A DNA stretch of 64,000 nucleotides from Mobula hypostoma (GCF_963921235.1 NC_086097.1:233618001-233682000), one strand, 5' to 3'. Shown: positions 11,348-24,219, counted from the stretch's first letter. Notes: generated from the letters alone by a model not told the origin. Program-made: numbers and translations.

Positions 11348-14052
11348 GTTGTGTACTTAGTGGTTTGGTAATATATTATTTGATTAAGCATTCTTTGGTT
11401 GTTTACATTATTCACTAATCAAAAAGTACATGAACAGGGCATGTCATTTTGCCACCACATCGTATATACTCATCTCGTTAAAAGTAAAAATGAAGTTGAC
11501 ACATTGTCCCGGCTCCCATGTTTATCTTTCAGTTAGTTTCTGGAGTTACAAAACATTTTAAGATGAAACTGATATATCTACCTGTTGATGCACAGCACAT
11601 GTTTTTCCTCAGAAGGAAGAGAGAGAGGCGTTCGAGCCAAAAAAAAGCGCAACACGTTTTTTTCCCAAAGGGAATAAAGACAGTCAAGTTAAAAAGAGGC
11701 AGGAAATGGACAAAATTCATGGGTTCATAAACAGTTGGTGATGGGTGATAAATAATCATAGAAGAAAAAAAAAGTAGAAATGACTGGCTACATTGGAAAA
11801 ATAGGAAGCAGTACATGAACATTTGGAACCAAGGCCATTGTTGATTGCAGAACACTTTAGGTTTCACAAGTGAATGAAAAGGAAGCGATATCCATTTCAG
11901 CTCATGTGGTTGATCTGAAGAAATTGTCTGAGCATTGTCAGTTCAGTGATGGGCTTAATGATGCACTGAGAAATCATTTAGTTTGTGGAATCTTACATTA
12001 AAGCATTCAAAAACAACTCCTAACTGAAGTACAAATCACATTTACAAGAGCTTCTTAAATTGCACATCAATGGAGTCAGCAGTCCAAGATGCAATTAAGT
12101 TGCTCTCAGGAATGAAAGTGAGCGTGAACGAACTTGCAAAATCTAAACAGAAACCTGCCTGGATGAATAAATTGTGTCACCGTTGTGGCAGGGGCTCACA
12201 TAACACCAGAGCAATACAGGTTTAAGAGCAAAGAAGGATGGGTCTGTTAGGATCTATGGTGATTTTAAGGTCACCATCAACCCAGTACTGAATGTAGATC
12301 AATACCCTCTGCGTATGATAGAGGATACGTTGTTAAGCCTTTCTGGAGGAAGGCACTTCAGCAGTGTGGACAACTGAAGTCTATCTACAGAAGGAGATGG
12401 AAGGAAGTTCCAAAGTGTTTCTTAACATAAACACTCACAAAAGGCTTTATTGCTATAATAGGCTTATTTTTAGTGGAACTGTACTCTAGCAGAAAGCTAC
12501 GGACCGGGTGCTGTAAGGCCACCGAGGCACCAAGTGTTACATGGATAACCTCATTATTTCGGATGATAAAGACCTTCTCCGAAAACACAAGTCAGCGTTG
12601 AAACGATTAGAAGATTACTTGCTTAGAGCACAACGTAACAAGTGTGAATTCTTTAAGTAAAGCATCACTACTGTGGTCACACCATTTGTGCACAAGCTCT
12701 ACACAAGTGTGCTGAGAAAATTCAAGCAATGATAGATGCCCCGAGACCAAAGTATGTGTCACAGCTCTGGTCCTTTTTAGGACTTGTCAATTAATATTAC
12801 AGGTTCCTGCCAAACCTGGCTACTGTGCTCCACCCCTTGAACTCATTACTGCAGGTTGGGAAAAAAAGGTATGGACAGAACAGTGTGAGATGGCTTTCAA
12901 AAACATAAAGGAAGTGGTGATGTCAGACACTGTGCTCACATATTACGATCCACATTGTCCTATAAAGCTTGCCTGTGATGCTTCACCTTGTGGTATAGAG
13001 GCAGCCATATCACACCGTGTAAGTGATGTAAGCAAACAGCACATAGCATTTGCATCATGTTCCCTTACTGCTGCAGAGAAAAATTACACACAAATCTGCA
13101 GAGGGGCATTTGGTATGGTTTGGGGTATAAAAAATTTCAACCAGTATCTGTATGGGAGAGAGTTTTTCCGGAACTACTGATCATCAACCACTGGTAACTA
13201 CTTTCAATCCATCGAACTATACTTCACTAACAGCAGCAGCACGAATGCAGAGATGGGCTCCTACAGCCACCATGGAGGAGATCTCAGAACCTGAGATTGT
13301 TTCACAGCCACAAGTCTCACCTGCCAAGCAGAGTGGACAGCCGCCCATCAGGAAAACCATTATCCCACAAGAGTAAGAAATCCTCCACAGTGATTAAACC
13401 TTTAGGCCTGAATAGGGTAGTTTAACATTTCCTATGCTGTGGATATCTACATATTGGTCGTATTGTATAATATACTGTGTTTGTGTATGTGTGCATGTGT
13501 GTATACATATCTATAAAGTGCGAAGAGCAATACATTACATACTGTATAGAAACCATAGACAAACTACAGCACAGAACCAGGCCTTTTGGCCCTTCTTGGC
13601 TGTGCTGACTAGGCTGTGCGAAGCCTAGTCCCACTGACCTGCACACGGGCCATATCCTTCCATACACCTCCCATCCATGTATCTGTCCAATTTATTCTTA
13701 AATTTTAAAAAAGAACCTGCATTTACCACCTCGTCTGGCAGTTCATTCCACACTCCCACTACTCTCTGTATTTGAGATGAGATGCATTCTATATTGAGTT
13801 GTAGTTTATAGCTAAGCAGGAAGGTGTGTTATGTATTTAATATTTCGGTAATATTGTAAATATATTGTTTGATAAGGCATTCTTTGTTTGTTTACATGAT
13901 TCATCAGGGGTTCATGTAAGAAGTACATGAATGACACACGTCATTATATCACCACGTCATACGTGAGTGCCTCACTAAAAGTAAAAACAAAGTGGACACG
14001 TTATCCTGGCTCCTTTTCTTTCGATTAGTTTCTGGAGTTACAAAACTTAACA
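11348..14052 (+). mobile_element. Decayed Ty3/Gypsy retrotransposon with both LTRs; protease and integrase largely deleted
   Basis: Related LTRs at about 11348-11556 and 13827-14052 (TG..CA, purine tract upstream); gag remnant with CHRCG knuckle near 12175; RT KKDGSVRI.GDFKVTINP near 12230; RNase H LACDASPCGI at 12890-13180. Confidence 0.88.
13547..13770 (-). mobile_element. CR1 3' fragment inside the Gypsy element
   Basis: ATAGAAACCATAG tail and GGCCTTTTGGCCC hairpin. Confidence 0.75.
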
Positions 14053-15331
14053 TCATCCATGCTAAGTTTAGAGAGCTCATACATACAACTCAGAACAAAA
14101 TGTCGCTGAGCAGTTAAATATTGGGGAACTGGAAGAGAACAATTGTCGGCATGCTGCTGTGCATCTTGGCACCTCTTGACAAATTTGTCTCCTCATTTCT
14201 TTGGGGGGAGGGTTTTCACTCTAGCACATTTCATTCTAGCATAAAAGTTTACAGTTCAAAGCAAATTTATCAAAATACATATACTACATGTCACCTCATG
14301 CTACCTTCAAATTTGTTTTCTTGCAGGTATTTACAGGGAAAGAAATACAATGCAGTCAATGAAAAACTACACACAAGGAAAGACTGACAAATGGCCAATG
14401 TGCAAAAGAAGACGAACAGTGCAAATACAAAAAAAGGTAAATTCATAAATAATACTGAAGACATGAGTTATAGAATGTGTAAATTCAGATCAGAATTGGG
14501 GTGAGTGAAATTATCTGAGCTGGTTCAGGAGCCTGTGTTATGTATTGCATTGTGCTGTTAACACAAAGACAAGAAATTTCATGATACACGCCGGTGATAT
14601 TAAACTGGATTCTGATTCTGATTATTCTGTGGTATTGATTGCTCCTGCCCTTCGGCCCTGCATCATCTTCCCAATGGCAACACCGAGAAGACATCAATAG
14701 TAGAGAAATAGGCAAAAAAAATCCATTTGCAGTAAGATCAATATGGTCTGAAAAACAACTGTTCTTATTTACTCACTGATTTTACTGAGTGTGTTTCCTC
14801 ACAAACTGTGCGATTGAAAAAGGCAATATTTACGTGCTTTTTTTTGTCCTCACCGAGATTTTTGAATTCTTGTGACTTGAATTACAACCTGACAAGTCTA
14901 CCTTGAATCACAGTCACTTTTTTAACCTTCTGGAGCAAACTTCAGGTTGCCTCTGCTGACCTCCTGTCTTACAGTTTGATACATGATTGAGGTCATCTGA
15001 GCTCCAAATCCAAGTTCAGGAGTCCTCAGCCCACAGAAGAAGGCCAGGCATGCAGAAGTATTTCTCTACATTGTAAGCTTACATAGACTACGGGCATTTT
15101 CTGCCTTACAGAGATCTCCTTGGCAAACTCCTGCCAGACCACAGTAATGTAGTTGCTAGCATAATGCTTTATTATGCAATTGGGGTTCAAGTCCCGCCAC
15201 GATCTGGAAGAAGTTTGTACGTTCTCCCTGTGACCATGTGAGTTTCCTATTGGTGCTCCAGTTCCCTCCCACATTCCAGATATGTACAGATTAGAAAGGG
15301 TTAGTAAGTTGTGGATGTGCTATGTTGTGTT

Positions 15332-15560
15332 GGGCAGGTGGCCAAGTGGTTAAGGCATTCGTTTAGTTACCTCACAGTTGCTAGTTCGAGTCTCAGCTGT
15401 GGCAGCATGTTTGTGCCCTTGGGCAAGGCACTTAATCACACATTGCTGTAGTCTGTGCGAGGAGTGGTGCCCCACACAGACTTCCAATCTGCGCCTTGTA
15501 AGGCATGAAAATGCCCGACGCAGGCCTCTCGTGGTCTGAGTCGACATTCCCTCCCTCCCC
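15332..15560 (+). mobile_element. tRNA-derived SINE nested in another SINE (about 15135-15690)
   Basis: A box TGGCCAAGTGG, B box GTTCGAGTC, then gtgcccttgggcaaggcacttaa core; flanked by a repeated TATGTTG. Confidence 0.75.
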
Positions 15561-15834
15561 TATGTTGGCGCCAGACGTATGGCAACACTTGCAAGCTGCC
15601 CCCAGCATATTTACGGACTGTATTGGTCACTGACACAAACAACATATTTCACTGTATATTTCGATGTACAAGGCAAAAACTGATCTTTACTCTTTAATGT
15701 CCATGGCCTCCATGCACATAAACATGCCTTGTGAAGGTAGATTTCCTGCGTCCAACTAGATCCATATGACCACACCCTCCCCCATCCATTCCTTTAGCAA
15801 CAGCATTTCTCCATAGGTGAAAGACCATTTGCTC

Positions 15835-16672
15835 TTTTATACTTTATACTTTATTGTCGCCAAACAACTGATACTAGAACGTACAATCATCTCAGCGATA
15901 TTTGATTCTGCGCTTCCCACTACCTGGACTACAAATATTAAATATTAAAAATAGTAAAAATTAGTAAATATTAAAAATTTAAATTATAAGTCATAAAAAG
16001 AAAATAGAAAAATGGAAAGTAAGGTAGTGCAAAAAAAACGAGAGGCAGGTCCGGATGTTTGGAGGGTACGGACCAGATCCGGGTCAGGATCCGTTCAGCA
16101 GTCTTATCACAGTTGGAAAGAAGCTGTTCCCAAATCTGGCCGTACGGGTCTTCAAGATCCTGAACCTTCTCCCGGAGGGAAGAGGGACGAAAAGTGTGTT
16201 GGCTGGGTGGGTTGTGTCCTTGATTATCCTGGCAGCACTGCTCCGACAGCATGCGGTGTAAAGGGAGTCCAAGGACAGAAGATTGGTTTGTGTGATGTGC
16301 TGCGCCGTGTTCACGATCTTCTGCAGCTTCTTTCGGTCTTAGGCAGGACAACTTCCATACCAGGTTGTGATGCACCCTATAAGAATGCTTTCTACAGTGC
16401 ATCTATAAAAATTAGTGAGGGTTTTAGGGGACAGGCCAAATTTCTTTAGTTTTCTCAGGAAGTAAAGGCGCTGGTGGGCCTTCTTGGCAGTGAACTCTGC
16501 TTGGTTGGACCAAGTCAGGTCAATTGTGATATTGACCCCGAGGAACTTAAAGCTCTTGACCTGTTCCACTTGCACACCACCGATGTAAATTGTGCCGTGC
16601 AGTCCGCTACTCCTTCTGAAGTCAACAACCAATTCCTTCGTCTTGCTGACATTGAGGGCTAGGTCATTGTCT
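15835..16672 (-). mobile_element. Rex1/Babar-type LINE 3' fragment, fairly young
   Basis: ORFs 16339-16632 (VVDFRR..FKFLG..KKAHQRLYFLRKL..ESIL..CITTWYG) and 16084-16314 in the same frame, split by one stop; short tandem tail. Confidence 0.88.
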
Positions 16673-16724
16673 TCATACGCCCCTTTTAGTACTTGCTATA
16701 AATGCTAAGAAGTGTGAGGAAACC

Positions 16725-16975
16725 ATTAAGACAATATGACATAGGAGCAGAATTGGGCCATTCAGCCCATCGAGTCTGCTCCACCATTTCAACATGGCTA
16801 ATTTATTTTCACTCTCAGCTTCATTCTCCTGCCTTCTCCGACTAACCTTTGACACCCTGACTAATCAAGATCTTATCAAACTCTGCTTTTAATAGCTTGG
16901 CCGACACTTCCTTCCATGGCAATAGTTTCCACAGATTCACCACCCTCTGCCTGAAGAAATTCCTCCTCATCTCAA
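16725..16975 (-). mobile_element. CR1 3' fragment
   Basis: GGCCATTCAGCCC hairpin and CR1 3' end sequence. Confidence 0.75.
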
Positions 16976-18006
16976 AAGAATCAGCAATGCAACAATGTAC
17001 AACTCAGCACTGGGCCCACCAAGAGCAATAGAGTGACCTACAACGTGGCTTTACCTCCAATAGGTTGCACAGCTCGATTTCTAGGCCAGGAAATATAAGA
17101 AAATTAGTCATCTGACAACTTAAGTGGAAAAAGCTCCAATTTTCTGTTTTTGGATCCCTTAAACAGACTACCCATGCAACCTTTTCTTTAGGCTGTCAGT
17201 TCAACAAACAAAAACACTGGTAAGTTGAAAAGATAATCACTATTTAATTCCAGAGCAGAATATGTGGCATTGAAATGTCAGAGTTTTATTTACACATGGG
17301 GGCAGATTGGGTACATAGTGGTCTGTGCAATGCTTTACAGCTCCGGCTATAAGATCAGGAGTCTACTCCCACCACAGTCTAGAAGGAGTGTGTACGGTTA
17401 GGGTTAGTGAGCTGTAGGCATGTTATGTTGGCACTGGAAGCATGGTGGCTTTTGTGGGCTGCCCAGCACAGTCCTTACTGAGTTGATATATTACAAAATG
17501 ACAGATTTTAATGTTTTTCCTGTGTGAACTTCCAGTTTAAATGAGTTCTTGCTTATTGTTCAGCATGATATTAAATTGTGTTTGTCAAGTTTTCCAGTCA
17601 ATATATTTTCTCCTCTCAGTTAAATTATGAGGTTGAAATCAGAAAAGAAAATTGGGAGCTAATTCAATGTGAACATTTCATGTTCTTGCTGAAGGCCAAT
17701 TTCATCCCCAATATCTTTTTATTTCATTTAAATTCTTTTATTAGCAGCAATAAATATTTCTAATCTTGTCTGCATTTCAAACCACCCCATTTAAAACTCA
17801 TGCCTTTTCTTTCACAGTCTTGAAGCTTTACAGTATTAACTTGACAAGATAATTGATTCCGATGTTAAATTATTGTTTTTAATTTTAATTCTTGCTTTTT
17901 TAGTATCTTTCTTATATCATTACAGCTACCTTAATTTTATTCTCATACTCCATTTGTCATACATTCCCAATATTTTCAGCTGAAATAAAGTATAATCCTA
18001 TGCATT

Positions 18007-19090
18007 TTAAAGTTTCAAGTTCAAAGTAAATTTATTATAGCCATATACAACTCTGAGATTCATTTTGTTGCAAGCATTTATAGTCAAATCAAGAAACATA
18101 ATAGATTCAATGAAAGACTGCACCCAGCAGGACGGACAGACAACCAATGAACAAAAGACAACAAACGGCAAATATGAAAAAAGGACAAAAAAAAGGAGTA
18201 ATAATAAATAAATGAGCAATAAATTTCGAAAACATGAGATGAAGAGAGGTTGAAATTGAGGTTATAGTTTGGGGAACAGTTCAGTGATGGGGTGAGTGAA
18301 GATGACTGAAGTTATCTGCGCTGGTTCAAAAGCCTGAAGGTTGAGGGAAATAACTGTTCTATAAGCTGGTGGTGTGAGTACTGAGGCTCTTGTACCTTCT
18401 TCCTGATGGAAGCAGTGTGAAGAGAGCATGGCTAAGGTGGTGGGGTCCTTGATTGTAAATGCTGCTTTCCTGAGACAGCACTCTTTGTAGCTGTACTTAA
18501 TTGTGGCAAGAGCTTTACCTGTGATGGACTGGCCCATATCCACTTCATTTTGTAGGATTTTCCATTCAAGGACGTTGGTGTTTCCATACCAGGCCATGAT
18601 CCAGCCAGTCAATATACTCTCCACCACACATCTATAGAAGCTTATCAAAGTTTTAGATGCCAAATCTCCGCAAAACTTCTAAGAAAGTAGAAACACTGCA
18701 CTGCTTTCTTCATAATTGCACTTATGTGCTGGGTCCCAGGACAGGTCCTTTGAAATGATAACAGTGAGGAGTTTAAAGGTGCTGACACTCTCCACCTCTG
18801 ACACCCCCCCCTCCCCCCGCCAGGACTGGCTCATGAACCTCTGGTTTCCTCCTCCTGATGTCAATAATCAGCTGCTTGGTCTTGCTGACACTGAGTGAGA
18901 GGCTATCGCTGTGACGCCACTCAGTTAGATCTTCAACGTCCCTCCTTGATGCTGATTTGTCACCACATTTCATTCAGCCAATGACAGTGGTGTCATCAGC
19001 AAACTTGAATATGGATTTGAAGTTGTGTTTATCCTCACAGTCATAAGGATAAAGCAAGTAGAGCAGGAGCTAAGCACACTGCCTTGTGAT
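18007..19090 (-). mobile_element. Rex1/Babar-type LINE fragment
   Basis: FADD near 18995-19005; KTKQLIIDIRR; FYRCVVESILTG. Confidence 0.82.
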
Positions 19091-19112
19091 AGGTCGATTG
19101 TTGTTAGATTGT

Positions 19113-19575
19113 TGACCATAAGACATAAGGGCAGAATTAAGTCGTTCAGCTCATCCAGTCTGTTTCACCCATGGCTAATCCCGGATCCCTCACAACTACA
19201 TACACATGCCTTTTCATCACATCCTTTGATGCCCTGACCAATCAGGAAACTATCAACTTCCACCTTAAATATGCCATGGACTTCGCCTCCACAGCAGTCT
19301 GTGGCAGAAAATTCAACAGATTTACTACCCTCTGACTAAAAAAAATTCCTTCTTACCTCTGTTTTAAAGGGTCGCCCCTCGATTTTGAAACATCCTCTCC
19401 CCAGCCGCCCTATCTGGTCCTAGCAGCATTCGGTAGGTTTCAATGAGATACCCCCCCCCCCGCATTCTTTAAATTTCAGTGAGTACAGGCCCAAAGCTGC
19501 TGTATGCACCTCATATGTTAACCCCTTCATCCCCGGAATAATCCTCGTGAACCTCCCCCGGACTCTCTCCAATGA
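19113..19575 (-). mobile_element. CR1 3' fragment
   Basis: CCATAAGACATAAG tail; reverse complement of the ORF2 C-terminus. Confidence 0.75.
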
Positions 19576-20278
19576 GGGAGAGTTCTCTTACTTCCTCTGC
19601 AAACACAAATCTTCATGCATTATAGCACCATCTCCACAATCTTTCTCATTGTTTCCATTGTACTGAGGGTAGGAATATTAGCAGCAAAAGTAGAAGAAAA
19701 TTATATTATTCTGCTCTCCCTGGTATGCATTCCCTGCCCGTTAAAATTACAAGAAAGCCACCAGTAGATGTCACTGTTGCACTATAAATGCTCCACTTGT
19801 GTGGCTTCAGAATCATTGATGAGATACCTGATGGCAGAACAGAAGTACACCCCTTTTGGGCAATCACAGTAATACAGCCATATTTCAATGAGGAATAAAG
19901 ATAGGATCACCTCAACAAATTGTTCCTGTTAGACAGATACGTTGGAGGTTACATAATTCTAGCCTTTGGTTCAAGATGCCACAGATCTGTTGAGACAATT
20001 TTCCATTAAGTGTCTGAAGCATTGCTAAGTAACGATACATTAATTGTTAGCAACGCTGCAAATTTCAGAAATCATAACTATAGTCTTATTTAACTTCTGA
20101 ATGGGGAACAGTGAATTATTTAGAATGAGGGTCAGAGTTAAAATTACTTAATACTATTATCTTCTACTTCTTCAGAGTGAAGACTTAAGGGCTTCGGCTC
20201 ACCGGGCTTAGGCGGAAGCGGGCGAGGCGAGGAAGGTTTGACATTCATTTTCTGTTGCTATTTGAGGAGAGGGGCATT

Positions 20279-21214
20279 ATGACTGTGAGGGCAGTTTGCT
20301 GTTCTCAGTGTCGGATGTGGGAGGCCCTGGAGTCTCCAAGCCTCCCGGACGTCTACATCTGCGCCAAGTGCATCGAGATGCAGCTCCTAAGGGACCGCGT
20401 TACGGAACTGGAGCTGCAGCTCGATGACCTTCGTCTGGTCAGGGAGAGCGAGGAGGTGATAGAGAGGAGTGGAAGGCAGGTGGTCACGCCGGGGCCACGG
20501 GAGGCAGACAAGTGGGTCACGGTTAGGAGGGGGAAGGGGAAAAGGAAGGTGATGGGGAGTACCCCGGCGGCTGTGCCCCTTAACAACAGGTACTCCTGTT
20601 TGAGTACTGTTGGGGGGGACAGCTTACCCGGGGGAAGCGACAGTGGCCCTGCCTCCGGCACAGAGTCTGGCCCTGTAGCTCAGAAGGGTAGGGCAAGGAA
20701 GAGGAGGGCAGTTGTGATAGGGGACTCGATAGTAAGGGGGTCAGATAGGCGATTCTGTGGACGCAGTCCAGAGACTCGGATGGTAGTTTGCCTCCCTGGT
20801 GCCAGGGTCCGGGATATTTCTGATCGTGTCCAAGATATCCTGAAGTGGGAGGGTGAAGAGCCAGAGGTCCTGGTACATATAGGTACCAATGACATAGGTA
20901 GGAAAAGGGATGAGGTCCTGAAAGAAGAATATAGGGAGCTAGGAAGGGAGTTGAGAAAAAGGACCGCAAAGGTAGTAATCTCGGGATTACTGCCTGTGCC
21001 ACGCGACAGTGAGAGTAGGAATGCGATGAGGTGGAGGATAAATGCGTGGCTGAGGGATTGGAGCAGGGGGCAGGGATTCAAGTTTTTGGATCATTGGGAC
21101 CTCTTTTGGCGCAGGTGTGACCTGTACAAAAAGGACGGGTTACACTTAAATCCTAGGGGGACCAATATCCTGGCAGGGAGATTAGCGGGGGCTACTGAGG
21201 TGACTTTAAACTAG
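20279..21214 (+). CDS. CR1 ORF1p: zinc finger, coiled coil, SGNH esterase-like domain
   Basis: CxxC..CxxC, heptad LRDRVTELELQLDDL, motifs GDSIVRG, HIGTND, DGLHLN; first ATG at 20279. Confidence 0.93.
   Translation: MTVRAVCCSQCRMWEALESPSLPDVYICAKCIEMQLLRDRVTELELQLDDLRLVRESEEVIERSGRQVVTPGPREADKWVTVRRGKGKRKVMGSTPAAVPLNNRYSCLSTVGGDSLPGGSDSGPASGTESGPVAQKGRARKRRAVVIGDSIVRGSDRRFCGRSPETRMVVCLPGARVRDISDRVQDILKWEGEEPEVLVHIGTNDIGRKRDEVLKEEYRELGRELRKRTAKVVISGLLPVPRDSESRNAMRWRINAWLRDWSRGQGFKFLDHWDLFWRRCDLYKKDGLHLNPRGTNILAGRLAGATEVTLN
21205..21214 (+). promoter_or_regulatory. Candidate -1 frameshift slippery site T TTA AAC followed by TAG
   Basis: Heptamer in the correct ORF1 phase; ORF2 lies in the -1 frame. 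Confidence 0.6.
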
Positions 21215-24200
21215 AATGGTTGGGGGGTGGGAATCAAATTAAAGCGGCTAGGTGTGAGGAGGTTAGTTCACAACAGAGGGATGGGAACCAGTGCAGAGAG
21301 ACAGAGGGGTGTAAAGTGAGCGTAGAAGCAAAAAGTACAAAGGGGAAAAGTAAAAGTGGCAGGCCGACAAATCCAGGGCAAGCATTAAAAAGGGCTAAGA
21401 GAGTTGTAAAAGAGCGCCTGAAGGCTTTATGTGTCAATGCAAGGAGCATTCGTAATAAGGTGGATGAATTGAAAGTGCAGATTGTTATTAATGATTATGA
21501 TATAGTTGGGATCACAGAGACATGGCTCCAGGGTGACCAGGGATGGGAGCTCAACGTTCAGGGATATTCAATATTCAGGAGGGATAGACACGAAGGAAGG
21601 GGAGGTGGGGTGGCGTTGCTGGTTAAAAAAGAGATTAACGCAATAGAAAGGAAGGACATAAGCCGGGAAGATGTGGAATCGATATGGGTAGAGCTGCGTA
21701 ACACTAAGGGGCAGAAGACGCTGGTGGGAGTTGTGTACAGGCCACCTAACAGTAGTAGTGAGGTCGGAGATGGTATTAAACAGGAAATTAGAAATGTGTG
21801 CAATAAAGGAACAGCAGTTATAATGGGTGACTTCAATCTACATGTAGACTGGGTGAACCAAATTGGTAAAGGTGCTGAGGAAGAGGATTTCTTGGAATGT
21901 ATGCGGGATGGTTTTTTGAACCAACATGTCGAGGAACCGACTAGAGAGCAGGCTATTCTGGACTGGGTTTTGAGCAATGAGGAAGGGTTAATTAGCGATC
22001 TTGTCGTGAGAGGCCCCTTGGGTAAGAGTGACCATAATATGGTGGAATTCTTCATTAACATGGAGAGTGACGTAGTTAATTCAGAAACAAAGGTTCTGAA
22101 CTTAAAGAGGGGTAACTTTGAAGGTATGAGACATGAATTAGCTAAGATAGACTGGCAAATGACACTTCAAGGATTGACGGTGGATATGCAATGGCAGGCA
22201 TTTAAAGGTTGCATGGATGAACTACAACAATTGTTCATCCCAGTTTGGCAAAAGAATAAATCAAGGAAGGTAGTGCACCCGTGGCTGACAAGAGAAATTA
22301 GGGATAGTATCAATTCCAAAGAAGTAGCATACAAATTAGCCAGAGAAAGTGGCTCACCTGAGGACTGGGAGAAATTCAGAGTTCAGCAGAGGAGGACAAA
22401 GGGCTTAATTAGGAAGGGGAAAAAAGATTATGAGAGAAAACTGGCAGAGAACATAAAAACGGACTGTAAAAGCTTTTATAGATATGTAAAAAGGAAAAGA
22501 CTGATAAAGACAAATGTAGGTCCCCTGCAAACAGAAACAGGTGAATTGATTATGGGGAGCAAGGACATGGCAGACCAATTGAATAATTACTTTGGTTCTG
22601 TCTTCACTAAGGAGGACATAAATAATCTTCCAGAAATAGTAAGGGACAGAGGGTCCAGTGAGATGGAGGAACTGAGCGAAATACATGTTAGTAGGGAAGT
22701 GGTGTTAGGTAAATTGAAGGGATTGAAGGCAGATAAATCCCCAGGGCCAGATGGTCTGCATCCCAGAGTGCTTAAGGAAGTGGCCCAAGAAATAGTGGAT
22801 GCATTAGTGATAATTTTTCAAAACTCGTTAGATTCTGGACTAGTTCCTGAGGATTGGAGGGTGGCTAATGTAACCCCACTTTTTAAAAAAGGAGGGAGAG
22901 AGAAACCGGGAAATTATAGGCCGGTTAGCCTAACGTCGGTGGTGGGGAAACTGCTGGAGTCAGTTATCAAGGATGTGATAACAGCACATTTGGAAAGCGG
23001 TGAAATGATCGGACAAAGTCAGCATGGATTTGTGAAAGGAAAATCATGTCTGACGAATCTCATAGAATTTTTTGAGGATGTAACTAGTAGAGTGGATAGG
23101 AGAGAACCAGTGGATGTGGTATATTTGGATTTTCAAAAGGCTTTTGACAAGGTCCCACATAGGAGATTAGTGTGCAAACTTAAAGCACACGGTATTGGGG
23201 GTAAGGTATTGGTGTGGGTGGAGAATTGGTTAGCAGACAGGAAGCAAAGAGTGGGAATAAACGGGACCTTTTCAGAATGGCAGGCGGTGACTAGTGGGGT
23301 ACCGCAAGGCTCAGTGCTGGGACCCCAGTTGTTTACAATATATATTAATGACTTGGATGAGGGAATTAAATGCAGCATCTCCAAGTTTGCGGATGACACA
23401 AAGCTGGGTGGCAGTGTTAGCAGTGAGGAGGATGCTAAGAGGATGCAGAGTGACTTGGATAGGTTGGGTGAGTGGGCAAACTCATGGCAGATGCAATTTA
23501 ATGTGGATAAATGTGAAGTTATCCACTTTGGTGGCAAAAATAGGAAAACAGATTATTATCTGAATGGTGGCCGATTAGGAAAAGGGGAGGTGCAACGAGA
23601 CCTGGGTGTCATTATACACCAGTCATTGAAAGTGGGCATGCAGGTACAGCAGGCGGTGAAAAAGGCGAACGGTATGTTGGCATTTATAGCGAGAGGATTC
23701 GAGTACAGGAGCAGGGAGGTACTACTGCAGTTGTACAAGGCCTTGGTGAGACCACACCTGGAGTATTGTGTGCAGTTTTGGTCCCCTAATCTGAGGAAAG
23801 ACATCTTTGCCATAGAGGGAGTACAAAGAAGGTTCACCAGATTGATTCCTGGGATGGCAGGTCTTTCATATGAAGAAAGACTGGATGAACTGGGCTTGTA
23901 CTCGTTGGAATTTAGAAGATTGAGGGGGGATCTGATTGAAACGTATAAGATCCTAAAGGGATTGGACAGGCTAGATGCGGGAAGATTGTTCCCGATGTTG
24001 GGGAGGTCTAGAACGAGGGGTCACAGTTTGAGGATAGAGGGGAAGCCTTTTAGGACCGAGGTTAGGAAAAACTTCTTCACACAGAGAGTGGTGAATCTGT
24101 GGAATTCTCTGCCACAGGAAACTGTTGAGGCCAGTTCATTGGCTATGTTTAAGAGGAAGTTAGATATGGCCCTTGTGGCTACAGGGGTCAGGGGGTATGG

Positions 24201-24219
24201 AGGGAAGGCTGGGTTCTGA
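21205..24219 (+). CDS. CR1 ORF2p: APE endonuclease plus reverse transcriptase (start non-canonical)
   Basis: NARSI, ITETW, YRPP, GDFN, SDH endonuclease motifs; QHGF, DFQKAFDKVPH, GVPQGSVLGP, KFADD RT motifs; about 1000 codons without a stop. Confidence 0.96.
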   Translation, partial: FKLEWLGGGNQIKAARCEEVSSQQRDGNQCRETEGCKVSVEAKSTKGKSKSGRPTNPGQALKRAKRVVKERLKALCVNARSIRNKVDELKVQIVINDYDIVGITETWLQGDQGWELNVQGYSIFRRDRHEGRGGGVALLVKKEINAIERKDISREDVESIWVELRNTKGQKTLVGVVYRPPNSSSEVGDGIKQEIRNVCNKGTAVIMGDFNLHVDWVNQIGKGAEEEDFLECMRDGFLNQHVEEPTREQAILDWVLSNEEGLISDLVVRGPLGKSDHNMVEFFINMESDVVNSETKVLNLKRGNFEGMRHELAKIDWQMTLQGLTVDMQWQAFKGCMDELQQLFIPVWQKNKSRKVVHPWLTREIRDSINSKEVAYKLARESGSPEDWEKFRVQQRRTKGLIRKGKKDYERKLAENIKTDCKSFYRYVKRKRLIKTNVGPLQTETGELIMGSKDMADQLNNYFGSVFTKEDINNLPEIVRDRGSSEMEELSEIHVSREVVLGKLKGLKADKSPGPDGLHPRVLKEVAQEIVDALVIIFQNSLDSGLVPEDWRVANVTPLFKKGGREKPGNYRPVSLTSVVGKLLESVIKDVITAHLESGEMIGQSQHGFVKGKSCLTNLIEFFEDVTSRVDRREPVDVVYLDFQKAFDKVPHRRLVCKLKAHGIGGKVLVWVENWLADRKQRVGINGTFSEWQAVTSGVPQGSVLGPQLFTIYINDLDEGIKCSISKFADDTKLGGSVSSEEDAKRMQSDLDRLGEWANSWQMQFNVDKCEVIHFGGKNRKTDYYLNGGRLGKGEVQRDLGVIIHQSLKVGMQVQQAVKKANGMLAFIARGFEYRSREVLLQLYKALVRPHLEYCVQFWSPNLRKDIFAIEGVQRRFTRLIPGMAGLSYEERLDELGLYSLEFRRLRGDLIETYKILKGLDRLDAGRLFPMLGRSRTRGHSLRIEGKPFRTEVRKNFFTQRVVNLWNSLPQETVEASSLAMFKRKLDMALVATGVRGYGGKAGF

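Noticed and set aside
20144..20150. TTACTTA as TSD of the full CR1 (also 24320-24326)
   Set aside because: Short, AT-rich and overlapping the tail; cannot be told from chance
21216..21242. ATG just after the ORF1 stop as an ORF2 start
   Set aside because: Out of frame with ORF2; stops after 8 codons
21558..23837. Several antisense ORFs
   Set aside because: Shadows of CR1 ORF2 with no recognisable domain
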